Below are positions 10,944 to 23,933 of a stretch of DNA of 64,000 nt, one piece after another. The notes beneath the pieces are model-generated. The model was given only the letters and a program-made list of their open reading frames with translations, searched no databases and was not told where the DNA came from. Source of the stretch: Lingula anatina (taxonomy: Eukaryota; Animalia; Brachiopoda); contig CM120649.1 of the NCBI GenBank assembly GCA_051362555.1, forward strand, positions 7,254,001-7,318,000, read 5' to 3'. How positions within the stretch are numbered: the stretch's first letter is position 1; the number at the start of each line of letters is the position of its first letter. The translations under genes were made by a program, and so were the position numbers.

Positions 10944-13900
10944 TCAGAGAAGTCCTGGTATCCTGGAAATGAATTCATAATTATCTATAGTATATCATTT
11001 ATGATCTTTTTAATATATAAATATATCTACCCCAATTTCCATTCTTATTTTAAATACTTGCGTCAGAAGTTCGTTCAACACAACTGTTCAGTTAAGCAAT
11101 CGAATATGACTATAGCAAAGATCATTCAGTAACAAAATCATTCAGATATCGTTTATGTTTCTACAAAGGAATGCAAATGTCCCAAGTTCTGAAGTGTATG
11201 TATAGCCCCTTAAGTTCAATTTGTAAGACTGACTGTCACGCCGTGTGCGATGTTGTACTGTATTTTACCAATTTTGTGGTAGTTCTTCTTTATATACCAG
11301 TGGAAGAAGGCGACCAGTGCAATCAGGGCCTGCACAATGCCTATACTGCCCAGAGCCACCACCACCGTCCGCCGCTGCCCTGAAATGAAAGGAAGATTGG
11401 CGCAATTAAACGATATGGCAACACATATCTCTAGAGTCTATTTGAGTCTTATTGAATATTTGATATATATTTCATATCACTAATAGGCCATGGCAGTTAG
11501 TATAGACAACAATGTGCTACACTGTTCACGTACATAACAATAAAAACTGGCCTTGTTTGGCCGATTCTCGAGCAACCAATACACAGTGTTGCCCGTTTTC
11601 TTGGTATGAATGGGAATGTGAATGCTTGTAGTAATTTCGGATGGAGGAGACATAAAGACACTATTTTAATTATTTAAATAATATATGCACTTACTGAAAT
11701 TCTCATGCTTTCATTTAGATATGGCAAATGAATAGGGGAAGATTGACAATTCGTGGACAACTACGGACTATCCAGCACGGAGCGCCCGACTAGTCTCCAA
11801 ACAACCATGGCAGATAAATGGTCAGTGGCAGAAATATATGGGATGAATTCCTGCACCAGTCATACAAAGAACCGTGTTCTAAATCCCTTACTAACCTCTT
11901 CTTTCCGCCTCCTCGCACGACACTTCCTCGTTATTGTATGGGCACACTAGAGACAAAAAAATAAATGGCTCTTTTCAAAATGATTAATTTACCGTCGATG
12001 TTTTGTTTTAAATATCATTTCGTATTCGGTTAAGTTAAAAAACGCCCAATGTGTCATTTATATGGCATCCATTTAGATTGACCTACGCGATAAAACGAAT
12101 TGCTGGCCCTGCTTTGCAATAATTATACATGAACTATATGCTGTTCAGCGTACCTTCGTTGTAAACAAGATGAAAACCTTGGCCCGTTAGGTTTCCACTG
12201 AAGAAACTCATGGCTACCTTATTTGGCTTGGCGTGGTAGTCACTTGGAAGGGAAACTGGAAAACAAAGTTGTCAACGACTTTTTAAATTGGACGCTTGAA
12301 TAAGGAAAGATATCTGGTAAAGGGTCAAACAAGTATATTGACAGGGGCTCCGATGGACTTACTACCGGTCTGCAATTTTTGTTCATACAAAAAATAATAA
12401 TAAATAATAAAAATGAAAAAACAGAATCAAGCGTTCAACACATCAAAAAATGAAGAAGTGAATGGGTGTAAAAGAAATTGCATCAAAATAAAGGAAAGGC
12501 CGCACAGTTTCAGATATAAATTCTATAGGTGCTCTATAATTTGCTTACTTATTCATGCACTTCGTACGATGATTAAAATAGCTACTTGTAGGTCGACTTA
12601 TCACCTGACGATTCACCACTAGAGTAAGTAGCAGAGTCCAGGCCACTACTTCCCATTAGAAATATAGATCCTTTGGACAAGTTTATTGTCTAAAGAAATC
12701 AATTAGTTATTACTTTTGCAATAAGGGTTCTCGAAATCGGTTATATCAATATATCTAATATAATAATTGCAAAGGTTTCACATCGCTTACAAACATAATT
12801 AATAATATTATTTCTAAACCAGTTAGAAGTATTGGACGAATTAGAAAGAAAATGACTCTCTTCTTCAATACGGTAAATTTTAAAGCAAACTGCAATATTT
12901 TGAATTCAATCATCCTTTGTTGCATTATTTTTTCCGCCTGAAAGCTGAACATACATGTACTGGTAGAGCCTGGCATAAACATCATGAACTTAATATAAAA
13001 GTATAACCTTATACCTTCCATTTCCGATAATGTTTTTGTTGTAAAAGTGGCAAATGGTGAATTACTGCTTTGGTTCAGAGACTTTGTAACATCGATCTGT
13101 AGGATATAAAAAGTAAGCTAAGTTAGGGATTGTGTGCATATTATAATAATCTATGCCAATTTAAAGCATAGACCTTATATGTCGAGCATCATAATACATC
13201 ATCCAGCTAACACTTATTCACAGAACAAACTTGTCTTTCAACTTATTACCTCCGCGAAGGAGGTTATGTTTTCACCCCTGTTTGTCTGGCTGTTTGTTTG
13301 TTTGTCATCAACATAACTCAAAAATTTATGGACAGATTTTGATCAAATTTTCAGGGTAGGTCGGAAATGGGTTAACTTAGAAGTGATTACTTTTTGGTGG
13401 TGATCCGGATCAATAATCAATCAATAATCAATAATAATAAAAAATCGCTGCCTTGGTGGAGGTCTGCGCTCTCGGAGTGCTTTTCTAGTTTTCATTTGAA
13501 TTTTGGTTAAAAACAAGCAAAGGTGAAAAACGACATTTTTCTTGATTATGTTTTACCTTCAAAGCAGTTTTATCTGTGATATCCAGTGTGGAGGCACCAG
13601 TGGGGATGGAAGCATTGTCTTTGTAATCGCCGAGCATATAACCTCGCCCGTCTCTTATCTGAAGCGAAAAGCGAGCTGATTTACCTACACTTTCCTCTGT
13701 TTCTGCATCCACAGAATGTAATATACCGTGTATGCTGTGTACAATATATACTAATGCATATACCGGCTTTTTTTGCCATATTTTTATCCGTGAGATTTTG
13801 TCAATATCGACAGATAGCAAAATTATCACACGCATCAAAATATTAAGTAATTTAATTGTAATTAACGGGAAGATTGACAGAAATGATATTTCACTTCGAT

Positions 13901-14472
13901 TGAATCAACGCAAAGATAGCACAAAGGGTACAAAAAGTAATCACCCCAGACGCCTCCAGAAATGTGCACGTGCACATTAAAGACTTCACACACACACACA
14001 CACACATATATGGTCAGTGTTGTTTACATTGTCCAATCAGGAATAATAGACACGGGACACATTTTTTTAACATCAGTGAACAGCTTTTTTAACAAAAACA
14101 AACAAAAAAAAAAATACACGTGTTGAAATATTCCCCTGAAGTTATTGTTGAAACCGGTCAAGTTGCAAAAAGTCCCAAAAAGTTGATTTTTTCCATGTAT
14201 GCCTATGTACCGGTGTGCAAATCACTTAACTATTGAACTTATTTCTGAGGTCATTATGCATAACACAATAGTTTAGAAAGTTGTGCCCAACATTCTGACT
14301 TGCGGACCGGGATGTTCCTAAGCTCTAAACTACATGTACATGTATGCATTCCCCCACCATTTTTTTTTTTTGGGGGGGGGGGGGGCGGGGGATACCTGTA
14401 GTGTGGTGATATCAGCGGGAACTGTCCCAAACATCAGTACCATCCCCGGGTCAGTTTGGCTGGTGGAACACT
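10944..14472 (-). CDS. Spliced gene for a CUB-like domain, C-terminally anchored membrane protein (5' end not resolved); exons 14472-14396, 13658-13557, 12369-12363 (putative microexon), 12255-12154, 11946-11896, 11379-11298, 10962-10944
   Basis: All exons are bounded by AG/GT and phase-compatible: ...ITTLQ|IRDGRGYMLGDY...TALK|TG|ISLPSDYHAKPNKVAMSFFSGNLTGQGFHLVYNE|VCPYNNEEVSCEEAERR|GQRRTVVVALGSIGIVQALIALVAFFH|WIPGLL*. LQIRDG and F-S...GF-L-Y are CUB-like. The last four exons are better supported than the first three. Confidence 0.65.
13246..13490. mobile_element. HINE-like non-autonomous element, intronic; inverted relative of 48695-48943
   Basis: TTACCTCCGC..GGAGGT hairpin, (TGTT/TGTC)n tract, end CCTTGGTGGAGGTCTGCGCTCTCGGAGTGCTTTTCTAGTT. 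Confidence 0.8.
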
Positions 14473-15375
14473 CTAGGAAGAAAGTGTACGACGTCTCTGG
14501 AAAACAATTCAATATAAGAAATATTAAGAAAATGAACTAGAAGAGCACGTGTTGTTATTTTAAAGGTCCAAAATAACCTGAATCAGTAAATTTTGAAACA
14601 CACTTAAAAGTACAAAAACCACTTGAAATAAGTTCATCACTTCAGTTTGGCAAATTGATTAGAACGTAAAGATGCGTTATAGGGGAGGCCTAGTCCGAGT
14701 CCGACTACACTGGAAATATGTGTCTGTCATTAAAATGATGTCAACCTTGAAACTTACGACTTTGTCATGCAATACAAGGCTTTTTTCTTTTAGTTTTTAA
14801 TATTAATTAATTTAAATAATAATAATTTATAATTAATTAAAATATTTATTAAAGTTCAAATTTATGGAAGGACAAGTACCAGTAAAGTACGTTTGTAACT
14901 ACCACCATATGGTATCTGCTCTCCTCTTCCTGCTTCAAATTTATTTACTTATTTTTGCGTTTAACTTGTGAAAAATAAAACATCATTGTTTCTGTTTTAT
15001 TAATTAAGAGTGTCTCTTAGGATGCACAGTGCTAGCCTTGTTTAAATATATCGTAAGAACCAGGGCTGGAAATTTTTAACTTGACAGAAAGTGTGTATTG
15101 CTTACTTCCGCTAATCTTTGTTCTAAAATACCTAGATAAGTATACAGTAGAACAGTACTGCAGCTCTCTAGCATTTGTATTAGAATGTTTTTTGGATTTA
15201 CCCAAAAGGTTCTGTGGTGTAACTACCAAGAATATCGGTATTTAGTTGACAATGCCTTGCCGGGTATGATTGCAGTTAAGTGAAAGAGTTTGAAGGAGTG
15301 ATACTATCACTGATAGAACAATTTTCTATCACAATTTACCTGCAAAAGATGGTTAGATGGTTCATTGTGAAGTTA

Positions 15376-15378
<3 letters not shown>

Positions 15379-15434
<56 letters not shown>

Positions 15435-15497
15435 AATTGCAGGGTCAAAAGAGGTTTTAACAATGAGCAAGAGCAGTGTACTAAGTAGATTTATTTA

Positions 15498-15562
<65 letters not shown>
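15379..15562. repeat. Two (TA)n microsatellites
   Basis: Direct reading. Confidence 0.95.
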
Positions 15563-15566
<4 letters not shown>

Positions 15567-15931
15567 GTAATTTTTTTCAAAAAATCCTGACAAACATTTA
15601 ACTGTGTTTATCACAAACACTGATGACTTCAAAACTGGACAGACGAGTTATGCAATTTTCCCGTCAGTAAGTTGGCGATAAGCGCTATGAGATCCTTATC
15701 GCCCGCTGATACTTGATTTCAAAGCTGGCCTTACGAGCTATGTAAACCGATTGTGAGTTAGTGAGTAATCAGTTTCGCAGCTGTAAATAAGCTTATCGCC
15801 CGCTGACAATCGTCAGGTTTATCATATTAAGATCAAATTGACAGATTTGTTGGACTTGATTATCTCAAATCTCACATGGGTCCTTCATTTAATTTTGTAA
15901 CATCTTCAGAAGACAGAGAAGCGCCCTGTGG

Positions 15932-16316
15932 TTAAAGGGATAACTCTCCGTATGAGATCCAAATTTCACAATAAATACATTGTAAACAACTCTTAGAAAT
16001 ATAATATATTCTATTTTAACCCCCCCCCCCAAAACGACAGTTATACACCTGTAGTAATAAATCTGAAATATGTGCTTGCCATCCCACCACGTGACCTCCA
16101 TAGATGGCTAAACTGTGTAAAAATCTCTTAAGAGATTATTACAAAAAAAAAAAAAAAAAAAGAAAGAAAAACAAACTTTTTAGAAGAAAAACAGGGACTA
16201 ACTTTGAATGTAGAAATGGATTCATTAACTATTGGTAAGTATGGGAAAATTGCTGTTTTCCCCAGAAAAATTCAGTTTTTTTTTTGGCCAAAATGAACAG
16301 TTGTTATCCATTCAAT
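15932..16316. mobile_element. Degenerate TTAA-flanked MITE (Kolobok-like); partial inverted relative at about 33892-34055
   Basis: TTAAAGGGATAAC left end and GTTATCCATTCAA right end. TGTTCATTTTGGCCAAAA, TTTCCCATACT and AAATCTC(T/C)TAAGAGATT are shared in reverse orientation with the 33.9-kb copy. Confidence 0.5.
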
Positions 16317-16376
16317 TTAGTGTCATGGTGGCATGTCAAGATAGAAGAATACGTAAAATACTAACGGGGTGTCTGA

Positions 16377-16377
<1 letters not shown>

Positions 16378-16426
<49 letters not shown>
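16378..16426. repeat. (TTA)n microsatellite
   Basis: Direct reading. Confidence 0.95.
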
Positions 16427-16427
<1 letters not shown>

Positions 16428-16910
16428 TGAAAAATGATAGATAAAACAGCATTTACGAGTAAGACTTTAGGAGAGCGATCATCTGACTTTAGAAACTCAC
16501 TGTTACACGATTCTTTTCACAATTGTTTCTCTTGACTGTTACCGCTGCTCTGATAACAGTAGCGAGCACGTTGCTTGTCGAGAAAAAAAAAAAAACTACT
16601 GCTCAGTGATAGGCTGAGTGATAAATTGGTTTGGAGTTACCGATGATTGACGCACGAGATAACATAAACGTGGAAGAGGACCATGTGAATATACAATATA
16701 TCGATGATATCCTTGACCAGCGAGAGCTTTTTATCCATCCACAAGCAGGTTTAAATTCAAGCGGCACAAGCAGTCTGATAGATTCCACGGTCATTGACGA
16801 GAATCAAGGCGTCACCCATCAGTGCTCAGTCTTCAGCTGCCTTCTGTAGTCTAGACCTGTATTCAGATTTAGCAGTTTACAGGTAGGAGAAAATTAATTT
16901 CTTCCTTAGT

Positions 16911-16972
<62 letters not shown>

Positions 16973-17299
16973 TGACTTAATGAGCACAAACAGTGCCATA
17001 AAAGCGCAATTCATGTACCTCGCCAAAATATTAATTTTTTCCTTGAAAAGCTACTTCTGAGACTTTTTCTACTAGTTGATAACTGCCAGCTAATATGAAA
17101 CTTCGTACGACAACTGTTTTCATAGGCTTCACCAAATATGAATTATAAAAAAGAGATATGTTGAGTTAGATAATGTAATTGTGTAGATAATTTCTCAGTG
17201 TGGAAAGAGGCTTCTGCAGGGCAGCGTATCTGACATTAAACGTCACATCTACATGTAGTTTCTCCTACCCTTTTACAGTTATTTTGATTAAGCTAACCA

Positions 17300-17650
17300 A
17301 TAAAAAAAGCAATCTGTACATATATAATGGGGTAGATTCATACGCAAAGTATAAGGGGTAGCTTGGATTGACAGGCACAGACAGTGAGGTAAAAGCGCAA
17401 ATCATGTGCCAACTTCTATAAGGAATTATTTCACAAAATTTTACTGATTGTACAACCACTGAACCACTGAATAACTAACCGTCTGTGCGTGGATTCAAAA
17501 GGTTCTGAAACGTTTGCGCAGCGATGGCGTTCCACATTACAAAGATAGTATGAAATCATTTTTGTTTGCAGGTTTATCCCTCAGTTATCCATTTCCGAGG
17601 ATATCCCACACATTCTTAATGAGATTCTGACCTAGGGATTGAACTGATCA

Positions 17651-17684
<34 letters not shown>

Positions 17685-18348
17685 GGGGGGGGGCTGTGTT
17701 TGGTTTGCATATAACCAGCCTACGGTTGCATTGGCTGTGCGTGGAGTAGCATTATCATACTGAAACACAAATTGGTGGTTATGGTCTCCAAAGATATTCT
17801 CTTCAGAATCCCTTAAGTTTCCTTTCCAGTACTAGGGTGCTGTGGTCTATTTTAATGTTTCCGTTGACCACTGCCAGCTCGCCAACACCACAGTAGCCAA
17901 TACACCTCATGTCATGACTTATGTGTAACGCGTTCTGTCGATCAGAGACAGAAAACTGAGTAATTATACTTCTTGCCAGGTGTTCTCAAACCCCCTGCAT
18001 CCATCACTTCTCACCACGCTTGTTTGGTATGATATTGCCTAACCCTCTGAATGGTTCTCATGGAACAACCTTACCATCTGGCGATTTGGCTGGCCAAAAC
18101 TCCCTCCGTTGTCGACTGCTTGGTGAAGAAATGCATTCCTCTCATTTAAGAGCTGCATTTACAAATAATTGGTGTTGGGGTATTTCAATGGTCAAGCTAG
18201 GTATGTCAATATGTTCGACTCACATATTTAATTTACGCAATGATTGGTTGCCTAGTTATGTGTGATAGTGCAATTAAATATATGGGTACCCTTGCAGCAA
18301 TATACATAAATGCGGTAGGGTGACACTTTTTTTTTTGCTATGGGAGTA
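17300..18348 (-). mobile_element. Degenerate Tc1/mariner relic (left boundary approximate)
   Basis: Minus-strand remnants VFQYDNATPRTA (FQxDNAPxH motif) and NLIKNVWDILG (NPIENxW motif), interrupted by (TG)n; many stops. Confidence 0.65.
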
Positions 18349-18635
18349 AATATTTTTCTTATTTGTTTTAGAACAAAACTTGACTTTACAACTTCAAAAT
18401 ATCCATCCTTATTTATTACCAGACGGAGCTATTTTGGCATGACACATACACTTTTGAGGAACAGCGAAGGAAATCCCCTGTTTATTAAAACAATTAAAAT
18501 TGGTATTTAAAAACTTTTTTCAGGCCTAAATAATCTTTTTGAGCAGCTTTGTTAGGATATACGTGAAAAACTGACATAATTGAATGTGTTGTCCTTTTCT
18601 GTACAATGAGAGTCACGGAGAAGACAGTGATAATA

Positions 18636-20297
18636 CAGACTTGACATTTAATATGGGATATTTCAGTTTCGAAGGTATACCTAGGTAAAAATACGTTCTT
18701 TTTTCAAAAAACTCCGATCTCATATAAGATTTGTGAATGTAAAAGTGTGCAGTCAGGTGTGTCACTACCAATTAACTGACTTTCATGCCTGTTGCGCTGC
18801 TACATTATGTAATTTGCAGTGATTTAATTGGGTAGTGTTCCTTTGGGCTGATCAAAGCTTGGCTTAGGCAAAGCTTGGTTCTGTCAAAAAAATATCCATA
18901 TTTCGGCAACTACTGCATAGAAGAATTTGAAATTTTGCATGCAAGCGGTCAGTTTTGCAGTGCGTAAAATGAGCCAAGTAGTGCATTACAAATTTGTTAA
19001 TCTAAGGCAGAATGGCGCGAAAAAGACAAACATAACCAGACAGATCATAGCGCCAAACGGAACGGTCCCCACAGTTTTATAGAGTAATGCCCAGACTGAT
19101 GTACCTGCACAGAGGTGACCCCCAATGTATCAAAATTTTACCTACAGGGTACAGGACCCACTGTCTTTCGGTATACGCTGCTGCAACTCAACAAAAAACA
19201 CTTAGTCCGTTCAGAACGAGGGGTAAATTGCCACTAAAATGCATTTTTCAAAGCCCTTAGCGAACACTAAACTGGTTTTAGCAGGTAAGAACACCAAATG
19301 ACCTCCGAGGTACCCACTGTATACAGCAAAACATCGTCGTCTGTTTCTCTAATGAATTGGGGGCCATGAACGATTCTGGGTAGAACACTGAAACTGCGTG
19401 GTTTTCTTTATTGAGGTCAGATTTCACCTGTACCGCCCAATTAGTCAAAACAGAGTTTACAGATATCCAGAAGAGGCCTACGACGAAGCATATGCCGGGT
19501 CTAAAGTGACAAGGGTGATTGACAGCGTCAGTATTTGGAGTAGATTCCACATTGGTGCCAAAACACCAACGGTAGTCATCGACGAAAACCTGGACCAGAT
19601 CAAATAAAGGAATAATCTCGGAACCACTTGACTATCATTTGATAGGGGGCACCTTAGGAACAATTCTACGTTGCACGATGAGGTTGCAGGTTCACACAGA
19701 TCACTTTTAATAGCAGATAACTTACAGAACCAAGGGAATGAGCAGCTACCCTGGTCATCAAAATCGCCACATTTGAACCACATAGACAATATTTCGGTAG
19801 ACCATTACTCACCAATCAACTGCCTACATGTCCTACAACAAAACTGGACCAGATTGGACAATTTTAGACCGATGCCTGGAATGCTATTCCAGATTGACCT
19901 CTTAAAACCTACCCCCAAGAAATGCCTTGCCGCTTGAGAGCGCTGGCAACAGCCACGAAGAGGCCAGGCGTAACAACGACCATTACTGTGACTAGCAACT
20001 GACATGAGGGTCTTTTGTGGAGCGTATTACCCTTTTACAGACGATAATTAGGAAAATATGGAGATCTAAAATATCTCTTTTAATGGGAGTCGTATGACAT
20101 GGAATAGGCAACGTCTTTTTGTTTGCTTCTCTGGCGAATTCCATTAATGAACTGATGTCACAATGACATCAAAGAGATAATTTAAAGTTATTAAAACACG
20201 ATTTTAATCCTTATTTTCATTTATCAGTCAGCAAAATAGGAAAAAACTGATAAAAAATTATTTCGAAAAAAATATTCCATATTAAATGTCAAGTCTG
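18636..20297 (+). mobile_element. Degenerate Tc1-like DNA transposon with both TIRs
   Basis: TIR CAGACTTGACATTTAATATGG / CCATATTAAATGTCAAGTCTG with TA on both flanks; remnant LPWSSKSPHLNHIDN (WPxxSPDLNPIEN). Confidence 0.9.
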
Positions 20298-21575
20298 TAT
20301 ATCACAGAGTGTTCATACCCTTTATGATCCACGAAACTCCATTAAATGAAGTTATTTGTCTAGTATAATTTGACAGTGATACTTGTTCCAGATCTGACCG
20401 CCGTCCATGGTTTAAGAGCTGTCCACTCTGTGTGATAGCAAAGCTTACAGAACACTGCATTCAATATTATTCAGGTAAGAAAAAACAGCATTTTATACTT
20501 TCTAAAGCCTAATTCTGTTCACAGTGTGTATATCTGTGCTTTACTCTTTGAAGATTATGCAGTCTTTTCGACATTCAGCGATAAGAGCCAGATTAGTCAA
20601 TTATTTGCCGTAATCTAGAGTAATTCATAAAGTAAACGACTGAAATGTTATACTTCACAACAGGGACGAATATCTAAATCAGTGACTTTATTAACACGAA
20701 CTTTCCGAAATCTTTGACAAAATACCAGTAATCCCCACCAACCTTTATCCCGCGGACTGGGAATCGAGCGGTTCTGAATGATGATAGCAACTTTCTTATA
20801 AAAGATTTTACGCTTGTAGCATTCACCCACATACACAGAATACCCTTGCAGAAAAAAAGATCGATACATTCGAGTTCTCAGTTTTTTCTCAGTTTTTTTC
20901 CAATCGCCACGATTGGAATTCGCCTGTCTCCATCTCCATTACGTGAGCCAACCCAAATATATCACTCAAATTACGGTTTATAGATCGAAATTCTGTTAAC
21001 GAATTCAGAGATGGTATATGTTGGTGATTAATGGTACATTTGGACCGAGCGTGAGTGGAGTGTGGATTAATTCCCTGTAATACATATAAACCACCTCTAC
21101 TAGTTTCTTATACGACTCAAATTAAGTCTACATACCACGGAATAAATAAACTGAATTCGATCTTCCATTAGAGAGCGTTAAACTGTCAAAAATTAACTGT
21201 AAATGCATGTTTAAGTGAAAAGATTGCAATGGCGGCCAGAAAAATAAATATTTTGCTATGTAAAGGCGTGGCTCATATTTGTGCATTGAAAGTCAATGAA
21301 AACGCATCATTTATTTATCACGAGACAGGAAAAAACATGATTTTGTAACAGCTGATCACAAAATCACTGAAGCGAAAATTTTAAACATCCAAGTGACTTG
21401 AACTCTCTTATGACCAAACAAATGCATTTGTACTCGTTTGTTTGGTTGGAATTGATTCTCGGTAAAAAAGTACAAGGAAGTTTTCTGATGAGTTTTCATT
21501 GACTGTCAGTATATATATTTTGGTCTTTCGTTTTAGAAACAACAGGTTCAGGTTGTAAGAACATCGCATTGAATC

Positions 21576-22763
21576 ATGCACTGGCCAGGTACAGAAGAAC
21601 TATCCAACCGGTCACTTCTTGAAACATTTGCAACAACACCAGGCGGCACTCCTTGGAATGATTCGTTCAACAGTTCCAACATTCCAAACGTTGATTTGAC
21701 AGGCCATTTGGAAGTAGCTATCGAAGGTATTTTGAATTTAATGAGTACCGCAAACAACATTAGTGGAACTGTTTTTGAAACGAATGAGACAGATTTTCAA
21801 ACTGTTAATATAAACCCAGAAAATGATCCTTGCTTAAATATTGGCTGCACACCTATTATTGTCACCAACTTTGTCGTGGCTGCTCTGTGTGCTGTTGCCA
21901 ATCTTGTGGTCATGGCGGCGTTTCTCAAGTGCCCTCGGTTGCGTACACAGACCAACATTATCATATTCAGTCTGTCTGTGGCTGACCTCCTTGTGGCGTG
22001 TGTACACTTCCCTTTCAACACCGTGGGGCTGCATCTAATCCACATCGTCCCCGCTTTAGAGCCAATGAAATACAATATCTATTTCTGTTTCATTAGAGTA
22101 TCTGTAGGGTCTTTTCTCACCACCACGGGGATCATACATATGGTCTTTATAGCCGTGGAAAGATACTTCAAAATATGCCAGTCGCAGAGGTATGACTCCG
22201 TTTTGTCAAAAAGAAAGGTTATACTAGGTTGCATTGCCATCTACGTCTTTAGGTTTATTCTGGTCAGCTTAAATTGGATATGGGTGGTTTGGTCTCCCGG
22301 GGATGACTGCATAATAGAAACTCTCCTGCACCCTGTGGTGTTTCGTGTGAATTCTTACCAGATCCTTATTGCATTGTTCATATCGGGTGGTTGTTATATA
22401 GCAATTTTCCGCCATGTGCACCGTATCGGAAAAAACATGTCAAAGCACTCATCGACCCCGAGACAGTCGGGTGAAAAATCAAGAGAAAGCCAAACAAAAC
22501 GGGAAATCCAACTATTTAAAGTAATTTTCAGAACAGAATGCGTGTATATCTTATGTTATTGTCCGTACCCACTCATGCTGTGGATATCTGGTAACAATAA
22601 TAATAATGGTGCCACTTGGCTTGCAACAACGACCTATATATGCAAGAAGATGTTTTGGTTAGGGTGCGGCCTTAATCCGATAGTATATGGATTCTTAAAC
22701 AACAATTATAGGGCGGCAATTGGGAGCCTTTTTGGACGTAAAATATCTAACGGTCCTATGTAG
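21576..22763 (+). CDS. Class A (rhodopsin-like) GPCR, 395 aa, single coding exon
   Basis: N-terminus with N-glycosylation sequons; TM1 ANLVV, TM2 SLSVADLL, ERY motif, TM6 CYCPY, TM7 NPIVY; TTTTAG acceptor at about 21536 suggests a 5' UTR intron. Confidence 0.93.
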   Translation: MHWPGTEELSNRSLLETFATTPGGTPWNDSFNSSNIPNVDLTGHLEVAIEGILNLMSTANNISGTVFETNETDFQTVNINPENDPCLNIGCTPIIVTNFVVAALCAVANLVVMAAFLKCPRLRTQTNIIIFSLSVADLLVACVHFPFNTVGLHLIHIVPALEPMKYNIYFCFIRVSVGSFLTTTGIIHMVFIAVERYFKICQSQRYDSVLSKRKVILGCIAIYVFRFILVSLNWIWVVWSPGDDCIIETLLHPVVFRVNSYQILIALFISGGCYIAIFRHVHRIGKNMSKHSSTPRQSGEKSRESQTKREIQLFKVIFRTECVYILCYCPYPLMLWISGNNNNNGATWLATTTYICKKMFWLGCGLNPIVYGFLNNNYRAAIGSLFGRKISNGPM

Positions 22764-23933
22764 AGCACAAGGTAATTATGCTGTGGGATTTTGCGTGAAA
22801 ATACTGCATATGAACCTTAGTCATTGATTTGAACGTATGACTTGAAGCGGAATTGATTTCAGGTCTGAACGTTCTAAATTATTCGAAAAAGTAACGGTGT
22901 ATATAATGGTATAGATGATAAGGAAAAGGGAGTTAAAGGCTAATTATCCAGGTTCTTTAGTTAAAACTGCCGATAATATACCTGTACTTGTTTAACTTTT
23001 AGGCTGCATGTGTACTTTTGTTACCGAGCAGGAAAGCACGCGTTTTTTTATGCAGCTTTTATTTTTCAGCTGCATATGTTTTTAATAAGTCTTAATCCTA
23101 TTTGATTTTACTACTTTCACTGTTATTAAGTCAATTTATGAGCTTTGATTTACTTCTCTGTAACGCGCATTTACTAATGGTATACGATATAACTTGTTTT
23201 TATGGCAATGCTGACAGCCTGACTTCGGACTCCTCTGCTTTAAAACCGTTTTTGCATAAGTTTGTGCTGGACAGTAGTATACAAATAATTAGCCAGATTA
23301 AAAAAAGAAACAAAAAAACCATCACTAACAAAAGTCGTATTTTTCTGTACAATCCCCCCAATTCTCATGCCTAATGTAGTTAATTGTCTAGGCAGTTTAT
23401 GTACCATATTTGTGATACTAGTAGTGTAGAGAGCCTGTAATTGTCATTTGTAGAGACTTTAGTGCTCAGTAAAGTATCATATTGATATGTAGTGACAGCA
23501 TCGCTACGTGGCCCCGGTAGAGGATAGCCAGCATGTACCATAGGATACACTATGTCAGAGCTCCAGTTCCATTCATTTTGTACCTTATTTTCTTTCTACA
23601 GAGTTACTCTGTTTCAACTTCAAAATATACTGTACGTACACTTGGACTAGTTATATATTCTAATATATAATCATAGAAGATATGAAATCCTTGTACTTGT
23701 GACAGGGGTCCAAAACCAATTTAATTTCGGCGAAAGCAATATAATCATCTTAAGAGCAATCCGATTTAGGATGTATGCATTTGACGCTAGCGCCCACGTT
23801 GTCTGAGGATAATAGCACTATGAATAGATACAGTCAGTAACTGATCTTTGTTCACTATTTTAATGATTTGTTCTTGTGTTCTTAAACATTGTGATCCAGG
23901 ATTTTACTTAGTGAAAGGAAATAAGGGCTTATA

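Noticed and set aside
12755-12937. Possible extra exon AEKIMQQRMIEFK in the CUB-like gene
   Set aside because: Good acceptor but only a weak donor and no motif support; left out of the model.
14880-15375. Possible signal-peptide exons MNHLTIFCS/TVLLYTYL for the CUB-like gene
   Set aside because: Very short, and several alternative splice solutions exist; not supportable.
15280-16444. YI-repeat and poly-Y ORFs
   Set aside because: Microsatellite translations.
16631-16849. 72-aa ORF
   Set aside because: At most a weak Tc1-like fragment (N..YIDDIL); not a gene.
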